Positions 1-11,355 of a stretch of DNA of 32,519 nt are shown piece by piece. The stretch is taken from contig JBEAVZ010000303.1 of NCBI GenBank assembly GCA_041160645.1, forward strand, positions 1 to 32,519, read 5' to 3'. The notes beneath the pieces were generated by a model that saw only the letters and a program-made list of their open reading frames with translations, was not told the origin of the DNA and made no database searches. The translations under genes and the position numbers were made by a program. This stretch comes from Acidobacteriota bacterium (GTDB lineage Bacteria > Acidobacteriota > Blastocatellia > RBC074). Numbering within the stretch: the first letter of the stretch is position 1; the number at the start of each line of letters is the position of its first letter.

Positions 1-492
1 TGGTGACAAGCCTCCTCAACGTGGCGCGGTACCGCCGAATCTACAATGTCTGGATCGAGACCCCCCGCGGCAGCTTCTATGCTCCGGCCACTACCGGTCC
101 GGCTCTGCGCCAGGCGCTCGATTTCGTGGCGAGAAGCTCACGCGTCGGGGATCCGCTCGTTGTTCTTCCGGAGGGGAGTGAACTGCCTTTTCTGGCGGAT
201 CGGCGCTCTCCGCTCCGTCACCAGATCCTGATTCCCGGATTGATGACCCCCGCGGAGGAGACGCGGGCCATCACGACGATCGACCAGCTGGAGGTCCCCT
301 ACATTTTGCTGGTCAACCGTCCGATGCGCGAGTTTGGGGCGACGGCCCTCGGAGAAGACTACTACCAGCGCCTCGGCCAGACCATCGATCAGCGCTACCG
401 CCTGGTTGAGGTCTGCGGGGCCGCCGGTGATGCATCGGTCCGCATCGGCGATCCGCGCTTCTTTATCAAAATTTATGAGCGACGACCGGCGC

Positions 493-506
<14 letters not shown>
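1..506 (+). CDS. Partial CDS (C-terminal part), hypothetical; resembles the soluble tail of membrane glycosyltransferase (GT-C/ArnT-like) proteins
   Basis: Open frame from the window edge to TGA at 506. The 'LVVLPEGSELPFLADRRSP...YILLVNR...YRLV' pattern recalls tails of such proteins. The N-terminus is outside the window. Confidence 0.5.
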
Positions 507-1782
<1,276 letters not shown>

Positions 1783-1810
1783 AAATGGAAGCTTCTCAGA
1801 GGGACCGACG

Positions 1811-1846
1811 GGAGGCCCGGTTGATCGCCAGGATCAGCGGGCCTCC
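1811..1846. terminator. Intergenic GC-rich hairpin (terminator or mRNA stabiliser candidate)
   Basis: GGAGGCCC-G-GTTGATC-gccag-GATCAGC-GGGCCTCC between the Dabb stop and the MFS start. No clear U-tract. Confidence 0.45.
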
Positions 1847-1869
1847 GGATGACTGCACAGATCTCTTGA

Positions 1870-2268
1870 TCAGTTGGTGATATCGTGAGTACGGCTCGAG
1901 TCGCGGAGTGGGATGTAGATCTCCTCCCACTTCTTGTGGGCCGGATGGGTAGCGTAGGCCTTGAAGGCGGCCTCATCGACAAACTCCATGACAAAGGCGG
2001 AATCGAACGGCATCTGGGCGCTTGGTCCCTGAACCTTGAGCGTCTTCAGCCAGACATTTTTGATGCCCGGGATCTCGGTCGCCATCATCTTGACTCCGTC
2101 AAGGGCCTTCTGGCGCTGCTCCGGTGTGGCCTCGGCTTTCCACTTCAGCGTCACCACGTGGACAATCGACTTGGGCTGCCCATATTTGTTCTGGCCGATG
2201 ACCAGTCCGGTGATAAAAATGAGAGTCATTGCACAGCCGAGAAGAACCCGGCCAAGAGTCTTGTTCAT
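1870..2268 (-). CDS. Dabb family (stress-responsive A/B barrel) protein with N-terminal signal peptide
   Basis: 'IVHVVTLKWK...IPGI...F...AY.THPAH' Dabb pattern, hydrophobic N-terminus, GAGGAGG RBS upstream. Confidence 0.85.
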   Translation of the reverse strand: MNKTLGRVLLGCAMTLIFITGLVIGQNKYGQPKSIVHVVTLKWKAEATPEQRQKALDGVKMMATEIPGIKNVWLKTLKVQGPSAQMPFDSAFVMEFVDEAAFKAYATHPAHKKWEEIYIPLRDSSRTHDITN

Positions 2269-2361
2269 GTTGTTAATTACCTCCTCAGAGTTTTGTTACC
2301 GCCAGACTACCGCCCACTGCTGGTCACGGTGAGAATGGAGATCATCGAGCGAGCCAGCCGC

Positions 2362-3054
2362 TCAGCTCTTTTTGCGACCGGTAAAGGTTCCCTCGCCAAC
2401 ATTGGCCAGGGTGACCTTGCCCTGCATGGTTTGGCCATTCGTAGTGCCCTGGTAGACCACCTTGCCTTCCAGCTGTCCGCTCGCCTGGAAGGAGATCTCG
2501 AACTTGTCATCCTTGATGGTGCCGCTGAGCGGCGCTTCACCGAGCATGCCCTGGTAGGTGCCGCTGATGGTCTCCCCGGACTGTTTGATGGTCAGGGTTG
2601 GCCGACCGGAGCCCTGACCCGTCTCGACCTCGAGGTTCCAGGTGCCGCTCAAATCGATCCGGGCGCTCTTCACGGCCTCGCCGCCAATTCGCCGGCCACT
2701 CCACTCCTCGGCAGGGTTGCCATTGAAGCTGACGGTGCCGCCGGCGGTCTGACCATCGATCCGGCCAGCCATGGTGATCTCGACCGGGTTGCCCTGGTAG
2801 TTGACGGTGTACGAGAACTCGATGGCCGATCCCTTGATCGTGCCCTTGAGGGGCAGGTTGCCGGTGCTGCGCTCGACCTCGCCGGTCAGCTGCTCGCCGT
2901 TGATGACGAAAGTGGCCTTGTAGGTTCGTACTCCGCCCGGGGTGTTCATGTTGATCTCCCACGGTCCGGAGAGGGAAGAGTTCTGGCCATAGGCAATAGT
3001 TGCGGCAGGCAGGAAAGAGATCGCGAGGGCGAACAATCGAATAAAGTGTCTCAT
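2362..3054 (-). CDS. Secreted hypothetical protein with two tandem ~95-aa beta-rich domains
   Basis: Start moved to ATG 3054 (GGAGG RBS, signal peptide MRHFIRLFALAISFLPAATIAYG). Two homologous halves begin 'LSGPW' and 'LSGTW'; both contain 'PL.GTIK' and 'GQT..G.V'. Confidence 0.85.
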   Translation of the reverse strand: MRHFIRLFALAISFLPAATIAYGQNSSLSGPWEINMNTPGGVRTYKATFVINGEQLTGEVERSTGNLPLKGTIKGSAIEFSYTVNYQGNPVEITMAGRIDGQTAGGTVSFNGNPAEEWSGRRIGGEAVKSARIDLSGTWNLEVETGQGSGRPTLTIKQSGETISGTYQGMLGEAPLSGTIKDDKFEISFQASGQLEGKVVYQGTTNGQTMQGKVTLANVGEGTFTGRKKS

Positions 3055-3100
3055 CTGTCTCACCTCCACGAGACTGTCATTGTGTAATAGGTTAAATTGA

Positions 3101-3129
3101 AGCGTACACATCGGAAGAGTAAGTGTCAA
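3101..3129 (-). promoter_or_regulatory. sigma70-type promoter for the 3054 gene and probably Dabb/MFS
   Basis: Minus strand TTGACA (3129-3124), 17 bp spacer, TACGCT (3106-3101). Confidence 0.7.
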
Positions 3130-3259
3130 ACGTGATCTCCGCGCCGATCATCGTGGCCGGTCTTCATGCTGGTGGGGGGCGGCCAGTGGAGGTCTACGGG
3201 CGGTCGATCACTCCGGGGTGCCCGAGTCGCTTACTGAATGAAACCGGGAGGTCTGGCGG

Positions 3260-3727
3260 ATGGTGGAAGAACTGATCATCGAAAGTTTTGCGGAGCTGGA
3301 GAGTCGGCTGGGAACGGAGCTGGTGAGGGGAGCGTGGCGGACTATCACGCAGGAGCAGATCGACCTCTTCGCGGCGGCCACCGGGGATCGGCAGTGGATC
3401 CATACCGATGTCGAACGCGCCGCCGTCGAGTCGCCGTTCGGCGGGACGATCGCCCACGGGTTTCTTACCCTCTCCCTTCTGTCGAGTCTGGTCGGTGAAG
3501 CAATCCGTCTGGCTACTCCTCCGCGCCTCGCTGTCAATTACGGACTCAACCGGGTTCGCTTCATCTCTCCGGTCAGGGCCGGGTCGCGAATTCGCGCCAG
3601 CATTACCCTCAGCCAGCTGGAGAGGGATTCCAGCTACGTGCAGCTCGTCTGGTCGGTGAGGATCGAGGGGGAAGCGAGCGAAAAGCCACTCTGTACGGCC
3701 GAGTGGGTGATCAGGTACTATCTTTAA
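3260..3727 (+). CDS. MaoC family (hotdog-fold) dehydratase
   Basis: 'FAAATGDRQWIHTD...SPFGGTIAHGFLTLSL...NYGLNRVRF' signature; GGAGG RBS. Confidence 0.93.
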   Translation: MVEELIIESFAELESRLGTELVRGAWRTITQEQIDLFAAATGDRQWIHTDVERAAVESPFGGTIAHGFLTLSLLSSLVGEAIRLATPPRLAVNYGLNRVRFISPVRAGSRIRASITLSQLERDSSYVQLVWSVRIEGEASEKPLCTAEWVIRYYL

Positions 3728-3760
3728 AATTGTCGTGGTGGACGATGAAGGGAGGAGCCG

Positions 3761-4216
3761 ATGGATTCAGATATTGTGCGGTGTCCACAGTGTGGATCGC
3801 TGAACCGGGTCAGTCACGATCGTCTGCGAAGTGGGCGGGCGCCCGTCTGCGGACAGTGCCGGACCATCCTCAAGCTCAGGAACCAATCTTCCCAACCGGT
3901 CAAGGTCACCGATGCCAACTTCGATCAAGTGGTCGGGATGGCTGAGATTCCGGTCTTTATCGATTTCTGGGCGGGGTGGTGTGGCCCCTGTCTGATGATT
4001 GGCCCGTTCATCGAAGAGTTGGCGAGCGACCTCGCCGGACGGGTGCGGGTGGGCAAACTAAATGTCGATGAGAATCCGGAGACGGCGGCGCGGTTTCGTG
4101 TCTCGAGTATCCCGACCATGATCATCTTCGAGAAGGGGCTCGAGATCGGCCGTCTCACCGGGGCCGTTCCGAAGGAGACGATGGTTGCCAAACTTCAGTC
4201 ACTGGGCCTCCTCTGA
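3761..4216 (+). CDS. trxC: Thioredoxin 2-type with N-terminal zinc-binding domain
   Basis: CPQC and CGQC motifs followed by 'DFWAGWCGPC' active site and 'SIPT' cis-Pro loop. Confidence 0.88.
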   Translation: MDSDIVRCPQCGSLNRVSHDRLRSGRAPVCGQCRTILKLRNQSSQPVKVTDANFDQVVGMAEIPVFIDFWAGWCGPCLMIGPFIEELASDLAGRVRVGKLNVDENPETAARFRVSSIPTMIIFEKGLEIGRLTGAVPKETMVAKLQSLGLL

Positions 4217-4229
4217 GCCGCGGCCGCGC

Positions 4230-4685
4230 CTACTCCTGAATCAGCAGGGGATCGGCCTGGCCCTCGAGGGCGGCGTGCAGAGTGTGCCAGGAGAGGCTGG
4301 CGCATTTGACCCGCGCCGGAAATTCACGAACCCCGGCGAGGATCGTCAGCCGGCCGAGGTGGTTTGGTGACGTCTCCGGATCGAGTTCACCCTTAACCAT
4401 CCGGTGAAACTCCTGAAAAATAGTCTCCGCCTCCGCGAGAGTCTTTCCCTTGACCGCCACCGTCATCATTGATGCCGAGGCTTTCGAGATGGCGCAGCCG
4501 CTTCCCTGGAAGGAGATGTCCTTGATCAGGTCGCCCTCCAGTTCGAGGTAGACCGTCAGCTCATCGCCACAGAGGGGATTGTGGCCCATCTGCTCACGGC
4601 TTGGGTGCTCGAGAACCTTGTAGTTGCGCGGCTTGCGGTTGTGATCCAGAATTACCTGCTGATAAAGCTCATTAGTCTCTGACAT
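4230..4685 (-). CDS. sufU: SufU (NifU/IscU-like) sulfur-transfer/scaffold protein
   Basis: Start at ATG 4685 (MSETNELYQQVILDH). Motifs 'GHNPLCGD', 'GCAISKAS', 'RVKCA'. Confidence 0.92.
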   Translation of the reverse strand: MSETNELYQQVILDHNRKPRNYKVLEHPSREQMGHNPLCGDELTVYLELEGDLIKDISFQGSGCAISKASASMMTVAVKGKTLAEAETIFQEFHRMVKGELDPETSPNHLGRLTILAGVREFPARVKCASLSWHTLHAALEGQADPLLIQE

Positions 4686-4692
4686 CGTATTC

Positions 4693-5958
4693 TCAAATCT
4701 CGAAGACCTGCTTGACCTTGTCGATCGCCGCGACCAGCGCGTCCACTTCGGCCCTGGTGTTGTAAAAGGCAAAGGAGGCGCGGGCGGTGGCCGGGACGCC
4801 AAAGAACTTCAGCGCTGGCTGGGCGCAGTGATGGCCGGCACGGATGGCGACCCCCTCCTGGTCGAGGATCGTTCCAATGTCGTGGGGATGGATCTCGTCG
4901 ATGACGAACGAGAGCACTCCCGCCTTCTCAGCGGCAGTTCCAATCAGTTTGATGCCGGAGAGGGCGCCAACCTGCTCCGTGGCGTAATCGAGCAGCTCCT
5001 TCTCATAGGCGGCAATCCGATCGAGCCGCGTCCGGTGGAGATAGTCGATCGCCGCGCCGAGACCAATCACCCCGGCGATGTCGGGGGTGCCTGCCTCAAA
5101 CTTGTAGGGGAGACTATTGAAGGTTGTCTTCTCGAAGCTGACCGAGAGGATCATGTCGCCGCCGCCGAGGAAGGGCGGCATGGCCTCGAGCCAGCTGGTC
5201 TTGCCATAGAGGACGCCAACCCCGGTCGGCCCACACAGTTTATGGCCCGAGAAGGCGTAGAAGTCGCAGTCGAGCTCCTGGACGTCGACCTTCAGGTGGG
5301 GCGTCGCCTGGGCCCCATCGACGAGCACCGGGATCCCGTGGCGATGGGCAAGCTCGATCATCTGTTTGACCGGATTGATCGTCCCGAGCGCGTTCGAGAT
5401 GTGGACTACCCCGACGATCTTCACCCGCGGGTTGAGCATCTTCTCGTACTCTTCGAGCAGTACCTCGCCCCGTTCATTGATCGGGATCACCCGCACCTTC
5501 GCCCCGGTTCGTTCCGCCAGCAACTGCCACGGCACGATGTTCGAGTGATGCTCCATCATTGTCAGAAGGATCTCATCCCCGGCCCCGATGAACTTTGATC
5601 CATAACTGTTGGCGACCAGATTGATGCTCTCGGTCACGCCGTGGGTGAGAATGATCTCGTGCGACTCGGCCGCATTGAGAAAATGCTGAACCTTGACTCG
5701 CGCCCCATCGAATTCGCGGGTCGCCACCTCGCTGAGGTAGTGCACGCCGCGGTGGACGTTGGCGTTCTGTTCGGTGTAGAACCGGTTGACCGCATCGATT
5801 ACCACCTGTGGCCGCTGGGCAGTCGCCGCGCTGTCAAGGTAGACCAGCGGACGGCCCTTGACCTGGGTCGTGAGGATTGGAAAATCCCGCCGGATCCGCT
5901 CGACATCGAAGGTGGCGGGTGAACTATGGGGTGAATGCAATTCGCCGGGCGCGACCAT
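4693..5958 (-). CDS. sufS: Cysteine desulfurase SufS (group II)
   Basis: Start at ATG 5958. Motifs 'YLDSAAT', 'NVHRG', 'FSGHK' (PLP lysine), 'RAGHHCA'. Confidence 0.96.
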   Translation of the reverse strand: MVAPGELHSPHSSPATFDVERIRRDFPILTTQVKGRPLVYLDSAATAQRPQVVIDAVNRFYTEQNANVHRGVHYLSEVATREFDGARVKVQHFLNAAESHEIILTHGVTESINLVANSYGSKFIGAGDEILLTMMEHHSNIVPWQLLAERTGAKVRVIPINERGEVLLEEYEKMLNPRVKIVGVVHISNALGTINPVKQMIELAHRHGIPVLVDGAQATPHLKVDVQELDCDFYAFSGHKLCGPTGVGVLYGKTSWLEAMPPFLGGGDMILSVSFEKTTFNSLPYKFEAGTPDIAGVIGLGAAIDYLHRTRLDRIAAYEKELLDYATEQVGALSGIKLIGTAAEKAGVLSFVIDEIHPHDIGTILDQEGVAIRAGHHCAQPALKFFGVPATARASFAFYNTRAEVDALVAAIDKVKQVFEI

Positions 5959-5962
5959 GGTC

Positions 5963-7297
5963 TTACTCAACCTCCAGACTCTGGTGAAGTTTATCAAGAA
6001 CAGCCCGATCGAGCCGGGTGCGGACCGATTCGAGGCCAATCCGTCCGATCAGCTCTTCGGCAAAACCGAAGGTGAGCAGCGCACGCGCCCGCTCCGGAGA
6101 GATCCCGCGGCTGGCCAGGTAGAAGATCTCGTCATCCTCCAGCTGTCCGACGGTTGCGCCGTGCGAGCACTTGACGTCATCGGCGAGGATTTCGAGCTGT
6201 GGTTTGGTGTCGACCGTCGTCGTACTCGCGAGGAGCAGGTTCTTGTTGAGCTGCCGGGCATCGGTCAACAACGCCCCTTCCCGCACCAGTACCTTCCCGT
6301 TGAAGACTGCCCGCGCCCGTCCATCGAGAATTCCTTTGTAGAGCTGCGAACTCTGACAGTGCGGATGGGCATGGTCGATCGAGGTATGGTTGTCGACGTG
6401 CTGATTGCCGGTCACCACATAGAGTCCGTCGATCACCGTCTCGATCTGTTCCGCCCGGTGTTCAACATCGAGCGTGTGCCGACAGATGTCCGCACCGAGG
6501 CTGATGGCCAGTGAGCGATAGCGGCTGCCACGTTCCTGACGCACCTTGGTGGTGCCGATGTGAAAGGCCCGCTCACTCTCCTGCTGGAGGCGGTAATGGT
6601 CGAGGGAGGCGCCGGCGTTGACGATCACCTCGGTTACCGCGTTGTTGAAGTAGACATCGCTGAGCGGCGAGGCGTAACTCTCGACGATCGTCGCCACCGC
6701 GCCCTCCTCGGCAACGATCAGCACCCGCGGATAGGCGACGATCTGCTCCGACGCCGCGGTCAGGAAGAGCAGGTGTATCGGTTGCTCAATCGCCTGACCA
6801 CGCGGCAGAAAGACCGCCGCGCCATCGCCGATCAGCGCCGTGTTGAGGGCCGTGAAGGCGTCCTGCTCGTAGTTGGCAAGGCTTCCCAGCCGATCGGTTG
6901 GCGACGCCGGATTGCCAGGCGTGAGCTCGGCGAGATTGCACACCAGAACTCCGGCTGGCAGATCGCTCGTACTCGAGAGCTCCGCCGCATAGATGCCATT
7001 GACGAAGACCAGCCGGCTCCCGTTCGCCTCCGGAAAGGTCAGTGATTCAAGCCGCTTCGCCGTGACTCCACTCAGATCGAGATCGAGCATCTGGCGAAAC
7101 TGCGTCCGGAGCACCGGGGCGACATTGGTGTATTTCCACTCCTCATCACGCGTCGTCGGGAACGACAGTCCCTGAAACGACTCGATCGCCTTCTCGCGGA
7201 GCGCGGTCAGCCAGGGCTGGTCGATCCCCGAACGAGTTTTGGTGAAGGCGCGACAGGCGGCGGAATAGTTCTCTTTTTCTCTTGCAACTTGAGCCAT
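5963..7297 (-). CDS. sufD: Fe-S cluster assembly protein SufD
   Basis: Start at ATG 7297. Motifs 'PTTRDEEWKYT', 'KPQLEILADDVKCSHGATVG', 'FYLASRGI'. Confidence 0.95.
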   Translation of the reverse strand: MAQVAREKENYSAACRAFTKTRSGIDQPWLTALREKAIESFQGLSFPTTRDEEWKYTNVAPVLRTQFRQMLDLDLSGVTAKRLESLTFPEANGSRLVFVNGIYAAELSSTSDLPAGVLVCNLAELTPGNPASPTDRLGSLANYEQDAFTALNTALIGDGAAVFLPRGQAIEQPIHLLFLTAASEQIVAYPRVLIVAEEGAVATIVESYASPLSDVYFNNAVTEVIVNAGASLDHYRLQQESERAFHIGTTKVRQERGSRYRSLAISLGADICRHTLDVEHRAEQIETVIDGLYVVTGNQHVDNHTSIDHAHPHCQSSQLYKGILDGRARAVFNGKVLVREGALLTDARQLNKNLLLASTTTVDTKPQLEILADDVKCSHGATVGQLEDDEIFYLASRGISPERARALLTFGFAEELIGRIGLESVRTRLDRAVLDKLHQSLEVE

Positions 7298-7310
7298 AGG
7301 TTGATCCCCA

Positions 7311-8066
7311 CTAAGCGGCGTTGACCGCGGAACGGATCCAGTCGTAGCCACGGGTCTCGAGCTCGAGGGCGAGCTCCTTGCCCCCGGATTTGACGATCCG
7401 TCCCTTGTAGAGGACATGCACGAAGTCGGGCTGAATATAGTCGAGCAGCCGCTGGTAATGGGTGACCAGAATGATCGCGTTCTCCTTCGAGGCCAGCTTG
7501 TTGACGCCATTGGCCACCACCCGCAGCGCATCGATGTCGAGTCCCGAATCGGTCTCATCGAGCACGGCGAGATGCGGGTTGAGCACGGCCATCTGCAGGA
7601 TCTCGTTCCGCTTCTTCTCGCCACCCGAGAAACCCTCATTGACGGCCCGGTTGATGAAGCTCTGGTCCATCTCGACAATCTTCATCTTCTCTTTCAGAAG
7701 ATCGTCGAATTCAAGCGGATCGAGCTCTTCACCACCTTCGTGCTTCGCCTTCTCATTGTAGGCCATCCGCAGAAAGTTGGCGTTGCTCACGCCCGGAATC
7801 TCGATTGGATACTGGAAGGCGAGGAAGACCCCGGCGCGGGCCCGCTCATCCGGGGCCAGCTCAAGCAGGTTCTCTCCCTGGTAGAGCACCTCGCCACTCG
7901 TCACCTCATACGACGGATGGCCGGCGAGAACCTTGGCAAGGGTGCTCTTTCCGGAACCGTTCGGGCCCATGATCGCATGAATCTCCCCGGCCTTCACCGT
8001 CAGCGTCAATCCTTTCAGGATCTCTTTGCCGTCAATCGCGGCATGCAAATTACGAATCTCAAGCAC
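7311..8066 (-). CDS. sufC: Fe-S cluster assembly ATPase SufC
   Basis: GTG start at 8066 after GAGGAGGGAG. Walker A 'GPNGSGKST', '[10 protein letters not shown]', 'LDETDSGLD'. Confidence 0.96.
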   Translation of the reverse strand: MLEIRNLHAAIDGKEILKGLTLTVKAGEIHAIMGPNGSGKSTLAKVLAGHPSYEVTSGEVLYQGENLLELAPDERARAGVFLAFQYPIEIPGVSNANFLRMAYNEKAKHEGGEELDPLEFDDLLKEKMKIVEMDQSFINRAVNEGFSGGEKKRNEILQMAVLNPHLAVLDETDSGLDIDALRVVANGVNKLASKENAIILVTHYQRLLDYIQPDFVHVLYKGRIVKSGGKELALELETRGYDWIRSAVNAA

Positions 8067-8246
8067 TATCGACTCCCTCCTCACCAACCCTGGTCAGTTG
8101 CTGGCCCCCCGACTCCGCGGGCGGTGCTGGCGGCGGGGGTTCTCCCCCCGCTCATCTGTCTCCAATAACCTTTGCCAAATCGTCTTTGTATGCCAGAGCC
8201 CGGGCCGTTTACTTCCCTGACTCTGGCGATCTCGGGATCACACCCA

Positions 8247-8684
8247 TCAGTCGGTAATCTCGACGATCACCTCGATCTCGACCGGGATGTGGTGGGGCAG
8301 CGAGCCCATGCCCACCGCCGAGCGGGCGTGCCGTCCAGCCTCGCCGAAGACCTCGACGAAGAGATCCGAGCAGCCGTTGATCACCGAGGGGTGCTCCGCA
8401 AAGTCGGGGGTCGCGTTGACCATTCCGAGGACCTTGACGATCCGCTTTACCCGGCGCAGCGTCCCCAGCTCCTGCTTCAGGACGGCCAGCAGGATCATGC
8501 CCGTCTCGCGGGCGAAGCGGTAGCCCTCTTCGAGCGTGTAGTCCGCCCCCACTTTGCCCGCGGCGTCGGCGCCCTTCCCGGCGAGGTAGAGGAGGTTTCC
8601 CGTGCGTACGGCGTGAACATAAGTCCCGGCCGGTGCAGGCACCGGCGGCAGGATCGCTTCAATCTCGGTAATCTTGTCGCTCAT
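8247..8684 (-). CDS. RidA/YjgF/YER057c/UK114 family protein (Rid1-like subfamily)
   Basis: 'PAPAGTYV.AVRTGNLLYLAG', 'INGCSDLFVEVFGEAGRHARSAVG..SLP...VEIE'; retains the catalytic Arg in HARSAVG. Confidence 0.9.
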   Translation of the reverse strand: MSDKITEIEAILPPVPAPAGTYVHAVRTGNLLYLAGKGADAAGKVGADYTLEEGYRFARETGMILLAVLKQELGTLRRVKRIVKVLGMVNATPDFAEHPSVINGCSDLFVEVFGEAGRHARSAVGMGSLPHHIPVEIEVIVEITD

Positions 8685-8690
8685 CAGTCT

Positions 8691-10127
<1,437 letters not shown>

Positions 10128-10163
10128 ACTCTGTAATTCCTTCTCTGCATCGTCTGACCAACT

Positions 10164-10646
10164 CTAGCGGCTGATGGTCGGGCCGGTGCGGCTCCCCATC
10201 TGCACGTACTGAATATCCAAACCCTGGTTGAGCAGGGTCGTGATCGGTATCTTATCAAAGACACTGTGAACGAAATCGGTAATGCTCACCCAGACCGGGC
10301 GCAGACCACAGTCGCCGTGGTGGACGCAGGTCTCCTGATTTCCCGTGAACTGCGCGCAGATCTCCTCCTGGGAGGGCATGCCGCCAAGGATGCGCATCAC
10401 CTCGCCGATCGAGATCTCCGCCGATGGGCGCAGGAGCCGGTATCCACCTTTCGGCCCCCGGACGCTCTCGACGATCCCCCGGCGGCTCAGTGTCCAGAGG
10501 ATCTTCTCGACATAGGCAACCGACAACCCCTCGCGCTCGGCGATGTCCCGAACCTGCATCGCTCCGCCCAGCTCGAGGTTGCTTTCCTCCCGCGCCAGCT
10601 GGAGGATACAACGCAAACCATACTCTTCCTGTGCCGTGATCTTCAT
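10164..10646 (-). CDS. Rrf2 family transcriptional regulator (IscR/SufR-like)
   Basis: 'MKITAQEEYGLR', 'SVRGPKGGYRL', three C-terminal Cys (C-x9-C-x5-C). Alternative GTG start at 10655. Confidence 0.92.
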   Translation of the reverse strand: MKITAQEEYGLRCILQLAREESNLELGGAMQVRDIAEREGLSVAYVEKILWTLSRRGIVESVRGPKGGYRLLRPSAEISIGEVMRILGGMPSQEEICAQFTGNQETCVHHGDCGLRPVWVSITDFVHSVFDKIPITTLLNQGLDIQYVQMGSRTGPTISR

Positions 10647-10686
10647 CGTACTCACTATTCTGTCGCTGCTGTTCCAAGAAGACCGA

Positions 10687-10726
10687 AGATTACCACACTC
10701 GAACTAATCCTGACAGGTTTGTCAGG
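10687..10726 (-). promoter_or_regulatory. suf operon promoter with overlapping palindromic operator
   Basis: Minus strand CTGTCA-18-TAATCT with extended -10 TG. Perfect inverted repeat CCTGACA-ggtt-TGTCAGG (10709-10726) covers the -35. Confidence 0.65.
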
Positions 10727-10780
10727 TTCGATTTTGTGGAGAATTTGTGTTGAAAAGGTAAAGAAATGGCGGTTCCGGGA

Positions 10781-11263
10781 TTACCGGGGAAGGATCGGTT
10801 GGCTGGCCGGGCGTTCACGGAAGACGACCGGGTCCTGGCAGCATTCGCAGGGGCCGGGTTTGTGGGTCGATATCATGCAGACATCGCAGAAGTAGTCGAG
10901 GTCGTGGAGTTGCCCGTCCTTGAATGACTGGTATTTGATGACCTCGAGATGGGGACCCTGGGGGAAGATCCGGGCAACGACATTGAGCTCGCGCTGGCGG
11001 TAGCGTTCATCCATCCAGACGGCCGCGGCGGCATCGACGGGAAGGAGGGGGTAGGTCTCGCCAGCGGCGGTTCTGACGGCGTAGAGGTGGCCGCGATCGT
11101 CACAATCGGGAATGACCTCATAGAGTCGGGCCAGCTCCTCGGTCAGGCAGATGATATTCCCCCGGACGGCGACGGTCTTTGGCCCGGCGCTGACCGGGGT
11201 AAGGGGGAGCGGACTGGCGAGGGCCAGTGCGCCGACAATGAATTGACGCCGTTCTGATCTCAT
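10781..11263 (-). CDS. Hypothetical Tat-exported Cys-rich (probable metal-binding) protein
   Basis: 'ERRQFI' twin-arginine motif plus hydrophobic stretch; C-terminal 'CDVC-x9-CECC'; N-terminal Cys and 'CDDRGH'. Confidence 0.75.
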   Translation of the reverse strand: MRSERRQFIVGALALASPLPLTPVSAGPKTVAVRGNIICLTEELARLYEVIPDCDDRGHLYAVRTAAGETYPLLPVDAAAAVWMDERYRQRELNVVARIFPQGPHLEVIKYQSFKDGQLHDLDYFCDVCMISTHKPGPCECCQDPVVFRERPASQPILPR

Positions 11264-11338
11264 CAGTTCTGAAATTTAGCGGATCGGCGCGCGATTTTCA
11301 ATCGGCGCAGCTGGTCACGCTGATCGTCCCGCCCCTTA

Positions 11339-11347
11339 TGCTACAAT
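11339..11347 (+). promoter_or_regulatory. Extended -10 promoter of recF
   Basis: TGcTACAAT ending 8 nt before ATG 11356. Confidence 0.55.
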
Positions 11348-11355
11348 GCAGCCTT

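Noticed and set aside
1885-3087. 400-aa + strand ORF, and similar long antisense ORFs (8172-9563, 12499-13407, 21407-22588, 23545-24984, 27245-28300)
   Set aside because: They are shadows of well-supported genes in high-GC DNA and have no recognisable motifs.
5963-7678. N-terminal extensions in the ORF track for sufD, sufS, sufU, mutS2, rnr and the 2362 gene
   Set aside because: They overlap upstream genes or promoters. Downstream starts match the RBS and family N-termini, so no fusions or frameshifts are needed.
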